From an uncultured Pelagibacteraceae bacterium (GTDB lineage: Bacteria; Pseudomonadota; Alphaproteobacteria; Pelagibacterales; Pelagibacteraceae): 64,000 nt of DNA. This document shows, piece by piece, positions 38,320-47,502 of the stretch. The stretch spans positions 7,053 through 71,052 of the forward strand of contig CACNXU010000001.1 of the NCBI GenBank assembly GCA_902624585.1. Reading direction: 5' to 3'. The position numbers were made by a program, and so were the translations under genes. The notes below the pieces were generated by a model. The model worked only from the letters and a program-made list of their open reading frames with translations, had not been told where the DNA came from and did no database searches. How positions within the stretch are numbered: the first letter of the stretch is position 1; every line of letters starts with the position of its first letter.

Positions 38320-39405
38320 ATGTCTAAAAATCCAGAATTCGTAAAATTTGATAAAGTAGACAAAAGTTACGATGGCAAAGTTCTAGTTGTTAAAGATTTA
38401 CAGTTGGATATTGCAGAAGGTGAATTTATTACAATGCTTGGTCCTTCTGGTTCAGGTAAGACAACTTGTTTAATGATGTTAGCAGGTTTTGAAACACCAA
38501 CTCATGGTGAAATATTACTAGATGGAAATATCATTTCTAATATTCCACCTCATAAAAGAGGGATTGGAATGGTATTTCAAAACTATGCATTATTTCCACA
38601 TATGACTGTTTATGAAAATTTAGCTTTTCCTTTGCGAGTAAGAAAAGTTGAAAAAGATGAAATTGATAAAAAAGTTGATAAAGCATTATCTATGGTTTCA
38701 TTAAACGGATTTGAAACCAGAATGCCAGCCCAACTTTCAGGTGGTCAACAACAAAGAGTAGCAGTTGCTAGAGCTTTAGTATTTGACCCAGCAGTTGTTT
38801 TGATGGATGAACCTCTAGGAGCGTTAGATAAAAATTTGAGAGAAAGTATGCAATATGAAATTAAACATATACATGAAAGTATTGGTGTAACAGTTGTATA
38901 TGTAACTCACGATCAAAGTGAGGCATTAACAATGTCAAATAGAATTGCAGTATTTAATGATGGAAAAGTTCAACAACTTTCAGATCCAGCTGAACTTTAT
39001 GAGAAGCCAGTAAATTCTTTTGTTGCTGAGTTTATTGGTGAAAATAATACTTTTAATGGAGTGGTGGTTGATATTTCAAAAGACAAATGCAAAGTTAAGT
39101 TAGCAAATTCAGAAATATTAGCTAATCCGATTTCTGTTAAGTCGAAAGGTGAAAAAACTACAGTCTCATTAAGACCTGAAAGAGCACTGATAAATCCAAG
39201 TGATAAGATGGATAACATGTTTACTGGAAAGATTGAAGAAGTAATTTATCATGGCGACCATACTAGGGTTAGGTTAAATCTCTTAGGAAGCTCAGAGTTT
39301 ATTCTTAAAGTGCCTAACAGCACCTCCAACTTAGAACTAAAAGTTAGTCAAGATATAAATATTGGATGGAACAGTACTGATGCTAGAGCATTGGACCCAA
39401 AATAA
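38320..39405 (+). CDS. potA: Pot-family ABC ATPase
   Basis: GPSGSGKT, FQNYALFPH, LSGGQQQR, DEPLGALD, VTHDQ. Confidence 0.92.
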   Translation: MSKNPEFVKFDKVDKSYDGKVLVVKDLQLDIAEGEFITMLGPSGSGKTTCLMMLAGFETPTHGEILLDGNIISNIPPHKRGIGMVFQNYALFPHMTVYENLAFPLRVRKVEKDEIDKKVDKALSMVSLNGFETRMPAQLSGGQQQRVAVARALVFDPAVVLMDEPLGALDKNLRESMQYEIKHIHESIGVTVVYVTHDQSEALTMSNRIAVFNDGKVQQLSDPAELYEKPVNSFVAEFIGENNTFNGVVVDISKDKCKVKLANSEILANPISVKSKGEKTTVSLRPERALINPSDKMDNMFTGKIEEVIYHGDHTRVRLNLLGSSEFILKVPNSTSNLELKVSQDINIGWNSTDARALDPK

Positions 39406-39533
39406 TTAAATAATTTAATACTTAATCTAACATACATTTATCAAGACAAAATCAGCTGTTGACTTCACTTTAGCTATTTGTTGTACTTTTACTTATATAA
39501 ATTAATTTATATCAACGTTTAAACGGAGGAATA

Positions 39534-40652
39534 ATGAAGAAAATAAGTAAATTATTACTAGCTCTTTCTTTTGTTGTGTCTTTATCGTCTTCAGCCTTTG
39601 CTGTTACAGTAGCATCTTGGGGTGGAGCTTATACAGACTCTCAAAAACAAGGGTATGGTGATCCAACTGCTAAAAAACTTGGAATAGATATCAACTGGGT
39701 TGATTATTCTGGTGGTTTATCAGAAATTAAAGCACAAAAAGAAGCAGGTGCTATAACTTGGGATATCATAGACTTATTTGCATTCGATACAATTAACGGA
39801 TGTGATGAAGGTTTGTTTGTTAAATTTGATTTTGACAAAGATTTCCCTGCTGCACCAGATGGAACTCCAGCAAGCAAGGATTTCTTTGCTCCTATGCCGA
39901 GTGAATGTGCTGTAGGTAACATTTTATATTCATGGAACTATGCTTTTGATACAAGAGCATTTGGTGGTAAAGAGCCTAAAACAATTAAGGACTTCTTTAA
40001 CACTAAAAAATTTCCAGGAAAAAGAGCAATCTATAAAAGTGCGTTAACTAATTTAGAAATCGCTTTAGCTGCTGACGGTGTTAAAATGGGTAAAGGTGGA
40101 GAGTTGATTTACAGAAAACTTGAAGCTGATGGTGGTATCGACAGAGCAATGGATAAAATTAAGAAACTTTGTACAGATCCAAATGGTGGATGTGTATTCT
40201 GGTCTGCTGGTGCTCAACCGCCAGAACTATTAGTTGCAGGTGAAGTTGTTATGGCAACAGGTTGGAATGGTAGATTCTTTAACGCTGAAATAGGTGAAGG
40301 TGCTCCAATTAAACAAGTATGGGATGGTCAAGGTCTTGACTACGAATATTTTGCACTTGTTAAAGGTGGACCAGATGAAGCAAATGCTAAAAAAGCTTTA
40401 GCTATGATGACTAATACTGAAATGTTAGCTGGTAGTGCAAAGTATATTGCATATGCGCCTTACAGATTATCATCTTTAGATATAATCAAAGCCAATGAGC
40501 CTTGGTACAAAGATGGCAAAACTGAAATGATGCCTCAAATGCCAACAGCTCCTCAAAATACTAAGAGATATTTCTTAGTAGATCCTTTCTTCTGGGCTGA
40601 CTACGGAACAGAGATTGGTGAGAAGTGGGAAGCAATGAAAGCAGGACTATAA
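39534..40652 (+). CDS. potD: Pot-family ABC substrate-binding protein
   Basis: Signal peptide, SWGGAY, KKFPGKR, EIALAADG, WNGR; GGAGGA SD. Confidence 0.88.
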   Translation: MKKISKLLLALSFVVSLSSSAFAVTVASWGGAYTDSQKQGYGDPTAKKLGIDINWVDYSGGLSEIKAQKEAGAITWDIIDLFAFDTINGCDEGLFVKFDFDKDFPAAPDGTPASKDFFAPMPSECAVGNILYSWNYAFDTRAFGGKEPKTIKDFFNTKKFPGKRAIYKSALTNLEIALAADGVKMGKGGELIYRKLEADGGIDRAMDKIKKLCTDPNGGCVFWSAGAQPPELLVAGEVVMATGWNGRFFNAEIGEGAPIKQVWDGQGLDYEYFALVKGGPDEANAKKALAMMTNTEMLAGSAKYIAYAPYRLSSLDIIKANEPWYKDGKTEMMPQMPTAPQNTKRYFLVDPFFWADYGTEIGEKWEAMKAGL

Positions 40653-40687
40653 TTTCAGTTTTAATCACTGAATTTATATAATATATT

Positions 40688-40722
40688 TAGGGCGGTTATA
40701 TAGCTAACCGCCCTATTTTTTT
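40688..40722 (+). terminator. Terminator-like hairpin between potD and potB
   Basis: TAGGGCGGTTA-tatagc-TAACCGCCCTA then T7, immediately before ATG 40723. Confidence 0.8.
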
Positions 40723-41985
40723 ATGAGCTCTGAAACAAAACAAATATTAACAACTGACGGAATTCCGCTAGAAGTCAGTTTAAAAAAGGCTGAAAAAAAG
40801 AATAAGATTAAAGCTTTTTTTCTAGTTGCACCTTTACTATTTTTCTTATTTCTCACATATGTTTTTCCAATTGGAGAAATGTTTACAAGAAGTATTGACG
40901 ATAAAATGGTAACAAACATGCTTCCAAAAACTTTTAAAGCAATGGAAAAATGGGATGGAAAAGAATTGCCGCCAGAAGAAGTTTTTGCAGGTTTTTACTT
41001 AGATTTTAAATTATTAGTAGAAAATCAGACACAAGGAAAACTTGGTCAAAGATTAAACAAAGAAAAAAATGGATTTAATTCAATAACAAAAAAATTATTG
41101 AGACAAATTAAAAGAAATAAAATAGATGAAAGTATCAGCATTAAAGAACAAATAATGAAAGTCCATAAAAATTGGAGAAATGTTGAGTACTGGCAAGCAA
41201 TAAAACGAACTGCACCTCCATATACTTTTGCAAAATATCTGAAAGGTATGGATATGTATTTTGCGCCCGATGGAAGTATTGCTCAAGTCGATGAAGATAG
41301 AAGAATTCATAGAATACTTTGGTTAAGAACTTTAGAAATTGCTCTATTTGTAACTATTTTTTGCTTCTTAATGGGATACCCAATAGCTCATTTGTTAGCA
41401 ACCTTACCAATGAAGTACTCAAATTTATTGATGATTTGTGTACTTTTGCCTTTCTGGACATCTTTACTTGTTAGAACTGCTAGTTGGATGATTTTGTTAC
41501 AACAACAAGGAGTGGTCAATGATTTCTTTGTAATGATAGGACTAGTATCTGATGATAGTAGGCCTGAAATGATGTATAATAAAGTCGGTACTTACGTTGC
41601 AATGACGCAAATATTGCTTCCATTTATGGTTCTACCACTTTACAGCGTAATGAAAACAATATCTCCAAGTTTAATGAGAGCAGGAAAATCATTAGGTGGA
41701 ACTCCTTTTGTTGCTTTTTGGAAAGTTTATTTTCCTTTAACTATTCCAGGTATTGGGGCTGGATGCTTGCTCGTATTTATTTTAGCAATCGGTTACTACA
41801 TAACACCAGCATTGGTAGGAGGTGCATCAGGAACTCTAATTAGTAATCAAATTGCATATCATATGAAAACTACATTAGACTGGAGTTTCGCCTCTGCTAT
41901 GGGTCTAATGTTGTTGTCTGGTGTTTTAGTAATTTATTGGATTTATAACAAATTAGTTGGAGTAGATAATATAAAACTAGGTTAA
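40723..41985 (+). CDS. potB: Pot-family ABC permease with large N-terminal periplasmic insert
   Basis: LLPFWTSLLVR, LPFMVLPLY, AGKSLGG, YYITPALVGG. Confidence 0.9.
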   Translation: MSSETKQILTTDGIPLEVSLKKAEKKNKIKAFFLVAPLLFFLFLTYVFPIGEMFTRSIDDKMVTNMLPKTFKAMEKWDGKELPPEEVFAGFYLDFKLLVENQTQGKLGQRLNKEKNGFNSITKKLLRQIKRNKIDESISIKEQIMKVHKNWRNVEYWQAIKRTAPPYTFAKYLKGMDMYFAPDGSIAQVDEDRRIHRILWLRTLEIALFVTIFCFLMGYPIAHLLATLPMKYSNLLMICVLLPFWTSLLVRTASWMILLQQQGVVNDFFVMIGLVSDDSRPEMMYNKVGTYVAMTQILLPFMVLPLYSVMKTISPSLMRAGKSLGGTPFVAFWKVYFPLTIPGIGAGCLLVFILAIGYYITPALVGGASGTLISNQIAYHMKTTLDWSFASAMGLMLLSGVLVIYWIYNKLVGVDNIKLG

Positions 41986-41987
41986 TT

Positions 41988-42842
41988 ATGGCTTTACCAA
42001 GTTATACAGAGACAAGATACAGAATATGGCATTACATTTATATTGGTATTTGTACTTTTGTATTTTTCTTTTTAATTGCGCCTTTATTTGTAATTTTCCC
42101 ATTATCTTTTAATGCAGAAGAATTTTTAGTTTTTTCTGAGGGGATGAAGAGACTCGATCCTGATGCTTTTTCTTTTAGATGGTACCATGAAATGGTTTAT
42201 GGAACTAAAAACCCATGGGGTCTAGCAGCAAAAAATAGTTTTATAATAGCAATATTTGCTACTATAGGATCAATAATTTTAGGAACATTAGCTGCTTTAG
42301 GTCTAAGCAGTAGACATATGCCATATAAAGGAATTATTATGGCAATTTTAATTTCACCTATGATTGTTCCTTTGATTATTTCTGGAGTAGCAATTTTCTT
42401 TTTCATGGCCAAAGTTGGTTTAGCCGCAACACATACAGGAATAGTTTTAGCTCATATCATACTGGGTACTCCATTTGTTGTAATCACAGTAACAGCTACA
42501 CTTTCTGGTTTTGATCATAGTGTAACTCGAGCTGCTGCAAGCTTAGGCAGTAATCCAGTAAATACATTTATGAAGATTACATTACCATTGATACTTCCTG
42601 GAGTTATTTCAGGTGGTTTATTTGCTTTTGTAACTTCATTTGATGAAGTGGTAGTTGTTTTATTTCTTGCAGGTTTAGAGAATACTACAATTCCAGTACA
42701 AATGTGGACAGGTTTGAGAGAACAGCTAAGCCCTACAATCCTAGCTGTTGCAACTTGTTTAATTCTTCTCTCAACTTTGATTTTGATAAGTGCAGAACTA
42801 TTAAGAAGAAGATCTGAGAGATTAAGAGGAATAAATAGATAA
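41988..42842 (+). CDS. potC: Pot-family ABC permease
   Basis: SPMIVP, AHIILGTPF, AAASLG, SFDEVVV. Confidence 0.9.
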   Translation: MALPSYTETRYRIWHYIYIGICTFVFFFLIAPLFVIFPLSFNAEEFLVFSEGMKRLDPDAFSFRWYHEMVYGTKNPWGLAAKNSFIIAIFATIGSIILGTLAALGLSSRHMPYKGIIMAILISPMIVPLIISGVAIFFFMAKVGLAATHTGIVLAHIILGTPFVVITVTATLSGFDHSVTRAAASLGSNPVNTFMKITLPLILPGVISGGLFAFVTSFDEVVVVLFLAGLENTTIPVQMWTGLREQLSPTILAVATCLILLSTLILISAELLRRRSERLRGINR

Positions 42843-42878
42843 TTTACCCAAATAATTTATTCATATATAGAAGCTTTT

Positions 42879-45101
42879 ATGGAAATTAAAAAAGTTGTAG
42901 TTATTGGTTCTGGAACAATGGGAAGTGGAATAGCAGCCCATTTATGTAATGCGGATATACCAGTTACACTTTTAGATTTGACAACTGAAATTAGTGAAAA
43001 AGCTAGAGAAAGAATTCATAAATCTAGACCTCCTTTGCTAATAGATAAAAGTAAAATTCATAATATTAATGTTGGGAATATTGATGAAAACTTTGACGTA
43101 GTAAAAGATGCAGATTGGGTCGTAGAGGCAGTAGTAGAAAGAATTGATATTAAACACAATATTTACGAGAAGATATTCAAGAATAGAAAAAAAGGTGCAA
43201 TAGTTTCTTCAAATACCTCCTCAATTCCAATTAAAGTTCTATCAGAAAAATTAAATGATGAAGAAAAAAAAGACTTTTGTATCACTCACTTTTTTAATCC
43301 AGTTAGATACATGGGATTGTTAGAAATTGTTAAAAACGAAAATAACGATTTAAATAAAATCAATTCTTTAAAAAAATTTTGTGAAGTAGAGCTTGGCAAG
43401 GGAGCTATAGTTTGCAACGATACCCCAGGTTTTCTAGGTAATAGAATTGGTGTTTATGCAATGCAAGTTGCTATGACAGAAGCATTCAAAATGAAACTTT
43501 CAATAGAAGAAGCTGATGCAGTTTTTGGTAGACCAATGGGAATACCCAAAACAGGAGTATTTGGATTATACGATCTAATTGGAATTGATTTGATGGCCGA
43601 TGTATTAAAAAGCTTTATCAAAGAACTTTCAGAAAAAGATGAATTTCAAATTGTTGCAAAAGAAATTCCATTAGTCAAAAAATTAATTGAGACAGGTTAT
43701 ACAGGGCGTAAAGGAAAAGGTGGCTTTTATAGGATGAATAAAAGTAGAGATCAAAAAATTTTAGAAGCGATAAATTTAGAAACAGGAGAGTATTCTGCAA
43801 CAAAAAAAATAGATTTAGGAATTGAAACTGTTGACATAAATAATTTAATAAATCGAAAAGATAAGTTTGGTGAATATGCCTGGATTGTAATTTCAAAAAT
43901 AATTAAATATGCATCTTCACTTGTTCCAGGAATTACTGATAAGTTTAATGATATTGATGAAGCTATGAGACTAGGTTTTAATTGGGCGATGGGTCCATTT
44001 GAAATGTTAAGATCGATAGGGGTAAAGAATTTCTTTGAAAGAATTGATAACTTTGAAAATAATAAATTTTTAGAAAATTTATCAAAAACAAAAGATGAAA
44101 ACTTCTATGGAGAAAGACAACTTTATACAGACATTCAAACTTTAGGAAAAATAAGACCATCAGCAATTAAACTGGATAAAAATAATTCAGCTGAAATTCA
44201 TAGATTTAAAGATTTTAATATTGTTGAGTTTACAACAAAAGCTTGTGCATTAGATTATGACTCAATGGATGCACTAAAAAATGCAACTGACAAACCTTTA
44301 ATAGTAATTAATGAAAGCATGCAATTTTCAGCAGGTGTGAATTTAAGTTATACTATGAATTTTGCCGACAAAGGTGATTTTAAATCAATTGAAAAATTTA
44401 TCAAATATTTTCAAGATACTTGCAAAACTTTAAAATACTCTAAGTACCCAGTTGTATCAGCACCATCTGGACTTACACTTGGAGGAGGCTTTGAGGTTTT
44501 AGTTCAAAGTAATTTTGTTGCCTCACACACAAATTTAGTTATTGGATTAGTTGAAACTATTGTTGGATTAGTTCCAGCAGGTGGAGGATGTAAAGAAATG
44601 TTGTGGAGATGGTCACAAACAGAGGAAGCACAATCAGATCCAGATTATGCCCCACTAAAAGTTTTTGATATTATTGGTTATGCTAAAACAGCCACATCTC
44701 CAATCGAGGCTGAGCCATTAAAGTATTTAAGACCAGAAGATAAAAAAATAATGAACAGAAATAGCCTTTTTGAGGAAGCAAAAAATTTAATTAATCAAAA
44801 CACTGATTTTGTTCCTCCAGAAGAGTGTAAATTTAAGCTTTCTGGAAAGCCGTTGAAAGATAAAATGATTAAGGTTTTAGAGAAATTATACAACGAAAAA
44901 GTAATTTTAGATCATGGTATGCATGTTGGAACTGAGCTTGCAAACGTTTTAAGTGGTGGAGACACTACTATTGAAAAAGTTTTGTCAGAAGATGATTTGT
45001 ATAAATTAGAACTAGACTCTTTTATGAGATTGATAGAAACAAAACAAACTCAAGAAAGAATTAAGCACACACTGTCAACCGGCAAACCTTTAGTTAATTA
45101 G
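42879..45101 (+). CDS. fadN: 3-hydroxyacyl-CoA dehydrogenase / enoyl-CoA hydratase fusion (FadN type)
   Basis: GSGTMGSGIA, EAVVE, SNTSSI, HFFNP, LGGGFE, GLVPAGGG. Confidence 0.85.
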   Translation: MEIKKVVVIGSGTMGSGIAAHLCNADIPVTLLDLTTEISEKARERIHKSRPPLLIDKSKIHNINVGNIDENFDVVKDADWVVEAVVERIDIKHNIYEKIFKNRKKGAIVSSNTSSIPIKVLSEKLNDEEKKDFCITHFFNPVRYMGLLEIVKNENNDLNKINSLKKFCEVELGKGAIVCNDTPGFLGNRIGVYAMQVAMTEAFKMKLSIEEADAVFGRPMGIPKTGVFGLYDLIGIDLMADVLKSFIKELSEKDEFQIVAKEIPLVKKLIETGYTGRKGKGGFYRMNKSRDQKILEAINLETGEYSATKKIDLGIETVDINNLINRKDKFGEYAWIVISKIIKYASSLVPGITDKFNDIDEAMRLGFNWAMGPFEMLRSIGVKNFFERIDNFENNKFLENLSKTKDENFYGERQLYTDIQTLGKIRPSAIKLDKNNSAEIHRFKDFNIVEFTTKACALDYDSMDALKNATDKPLIVINESMQFSAGVNLSYTMNFADKGDFKSIEKFIKYFQDTCKTLKYSKYPVVSAPSGLTLGGGFEVLVQSNFVASHTNLVIGLVETIVGLVPAGGGCKEMLWRWSQTEEAQSDPDYAPLKVFDIIGYAKTATSPIEAEPLKYLRPEDKKIMNRNSLFEEAKNLINQNTDFVPPEECKFKLSGKPLKDKMIKVLEKLYNEKVILDHGMHVGTELANVLSGGDTTIEKVLSEDDLYKLELDSFMRLIETKQTQERIKHTLSTGKPLVN

Positions 45102-45744
45102 AATTAAACATTCTAAAGGTTTTAATATAATCAGGTCTTAAAACATAAATTGCCTTATTACCTGTTTTAATTTTAGTTAATATATCTAAACCATAAACTA
45201 CTTTACCAATTGGAGTATATTCACCTTGATAAATTGGAATTTCTTTTAACGTAATAAAGAATTCACTATCTTCTGTATCAAATTCTGTTGCTCTAGCAAA
45301 ACCAACACTTCCCTCTGTAAATTTAAAATCGTTACTTAGTTCTGATTTTAACAATCCCAGTCCAGACTTTCCGCTACCAATTTTGGAATAATCTAAATTA
45401 TTTATATTTCCATATTCGATATCTCCAGCTTGTACAAAAGTATTTTCTGAAACTTTATAAAAAGCAGAACCATCATACATTTTTTGTTCAATTAAAATTT
45501 TAAATCTTTCCACCGCTTTAGGAGAAATATCTGGATAAAGTTCAATAATTACATTACCACATTCTACATTCATTACAGCAATATTATTTGGTTTATTAAA
45601 TTTAAGTTTACTTAAATTATTTTTTTCAACAAATAGACATTTATTTTTTAATAAAAAAAAGGATGTAAAAGCAAAAATTGAAAGACAAATTAAAAATATA
45701 AATAAAATTTTTTCTGATTTTGAAGCTTTAATAGTTTTAATCAT
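45094..45744 (-). CDS. Membrane-anchored cyclophilin-type peptidyl-prolyl isomerase (degenerate active site)
   Basis: N-terminal TM, IELYPDISPK, QAGD, GKSG, SEFFI, YTPIGKV. Confidence 0.8.
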   Translation of the reverse strand: MIKTIKASKSEKILFIFLICLSIFAFTSFFLLKNKCLFVEKNNLSKLKFNKPNNIAVMNVECGNVIIELYPDISPKAVERFKILIEQKMYDGSAFYKVSENTFVQAGDIEYGNINNLDYSKIGSGKSGLGLLKSELSNDFKFTEGSVGFARATEFDTEDSEFFITLKEIPIYQGEYTPIGKVVYGLDILTKIKTGNKAIYVLRPDYIKTFRMFNSN

Positions 45745-46469
45745 AAAATATTTTTATCTATTTTAGCTAAGTTTAATTTTATAAAATTCACTTTGTTATT
45801 TAGGATTTTGTCACTACTAATTCTATCTTCAATTGTTTCCTTATCAGTCATTAAAAATGAAAAAATTTCTGCCATATCTTCAGATGGAATAGATTTAGAA
45901 TATTCAGTCAAAAATCCATTAGTATTTTCATATAAATCTAAATTGAGTTTATCAGAGCAAGTAGAACATTTAGCATAATTAAACGAACTTTTGTTAAAAG
46001 AGGAAAATTTATTTTCATCAAAAACATTACTATGACTATTTTGAATCATGTGAAAAACTTCATGGTGTATCATTCTTTCAAAATACTTTTTGTTGAAATT
46101 AATATCTAAAATTAATGTTCTGTTTTTATTATCAGGTATTCCCCCAGTATTAATTCCAGATATAAATAAATTTTCACAAAAAACGATATATTTTAGTTTT
46201 ATTTTATTGAGAAAATCTGAATTATAGAGATTGATATTTTTTTCAATTACAGAAAATTTTGAATTTAAATTGTCTAAATCAACCTTTTCACAAGTAATAT
46301 TTTTATTTACACCAATTTTAAAATTACCTTTAGCACTCAAATAACGAATATTGTTATCATTTTTCAATTTATAAATTTCTAAGTTGGGAATTTTTATTAA
46401 ATTATAAATTTCATCAGCATTTACATGGTAAATATGAAAAATAAGAAAAAATAAAATTAAAATTTTCAT
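45741..46469 (-). CDS. Secreted putative zinc metallopeptidase
   Basis: Signal peptide, HHEVFH (HExxH), GFLTEYS..SEDMAE. Confidence 0.7.
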   Translation of the reverse strand: MKILILFFLIFHIYHVNADEIYNLIKIPNLEIYKLKNDNNIRYLSAKGNFKIGVNKNITCEKVDLDNLNSKFSVIEKNINLYNSDFLNKIKLKYIVFCENLFISGINTGGIPDNKNRTLILDINFNKKYFERMIHHEVFHMIQNSHSNVFDENKFSSFNKSSFNYAKCSTCSDKLNLDLYENTNGFLTEYSKSIPSEDMAEIFSFLMTDKETIEDRISSDKILNNKVNFIKLNLAKIDKNIL

Positions 46470-46522
46470 TAAATTATTATAGACGAATTAGATGTGATAA
46501 TATTATCTTAGATTATAAAAAA

Positions 46523-47482
46523 ATGAAAAAAGAAAGAAATAAAAATCCAATTCAGCCTGCTGATGGTACAAAGGTTCCTAGATTTGCTGGTCCAAGTACA
46601 TTTGCAAGACTTCCTGAACTAAGAGATGTAGAAAGTTGTGATGTTGCAATTGTTGGAGTACCATTTGATGCTGGTACAAGTTATAGGCCAGGTGCAAGAT
46701 TTGGTCCACAAAGTATCAGACAAGCTTCTAGACATTTGAGAACTAATTATCATCCTAATTATGATGTTGAGCCTTTTAAAATCCAGCAAGTTGCTGATGC
46801 TGGTGATATCGCTTGTAATCCATTTAGCATAGATGAAGCAATTAAGCAGATTGAGGTGGGCGCAACAGATTTATTAAATAAGGTTGGAGGAATTATTAGT
46901 CTGGGAGGAGATCATACTATTGCAGTCCCCTTATTAAGAGCAATCAATAAAAAGAATAAAGGACCTGTGTCTTTAGTTCATTTTGATGCCCACTTAGATA
47001 CTTGGGATACATATTTTGGAGCTCCTTATACTCACGGAACTCCATTTAGAAGAGCTAGAGAAGAAGGTTTATTTTTAGATGATGCCTCAATGCATGTAGG
47101 TATCAGAGGTCCACTTTATAGCAGAGATGACATTAAAAATGATGAAAGCTTTGGATTTAAGATAATTCACTGTGATGAATTTCAAACAGAGGGCACAGAT
47201 AAAATTGCTGAGAGAATTAAAAAGAGAGTTGGAGATAATGCGTTATATTTATCAATAGATATTGACGTACTTGATCCTGCTTTTGCTCCAGGAACAGGAA
47301 CACCAGAGATTGCAGGTATGACAACAAGAGAAATAGTAAATGTTTTAAGAGGACTTTCAGGTTTAAATTTAGTTTCTGCAGACGTAGTTGAAGTTTCACC
47401 TGCGTACGATCATGCAGAAGTAACTTCTTTAGCCGCTGCAACAATAGTTTATGAACTTACAAATCTATTTGCAAAATCATAA
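46523..47482 (+). CDS. speB: Agmatinase/ureohydrolase family
   Basis: GARFGP, GGDHT, DAHLD, SIDIDVLDPAFAPGTGTPE, EVSPAYD. Confidence 0.88.
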   Translation: MKKERNKNPIQPADGTKVPRFAGPSTFARLPELRDVESCDVAIVGVPFDAGTSYRPGARFGPQSIRQASRHLRTNYHPNYDVEPFKIQQVADAGDIACNPFSIDEAIKQIEVGATDLLNKVGGIISLGGDHTIAVPLLRAINKKNKGPVSLVHFDAHLDTWDTYFGAPYTHGTPFRRAREEGLFLDDASMHVGIRGPLYSRDDIKNDESFGFKIIHCDEFQTEGTDKIAERIKKRVGDNALYLSIDIDVLDPAFAPGTGTPEIAGMTTREIVNVLRGLSGLNLVSADVVEVSPAYDHAEVTSLAAATIVYELTNLFAKS

Positions 47483-47502
47483 AGAAAGGATAGTTATAAG
47501 AG

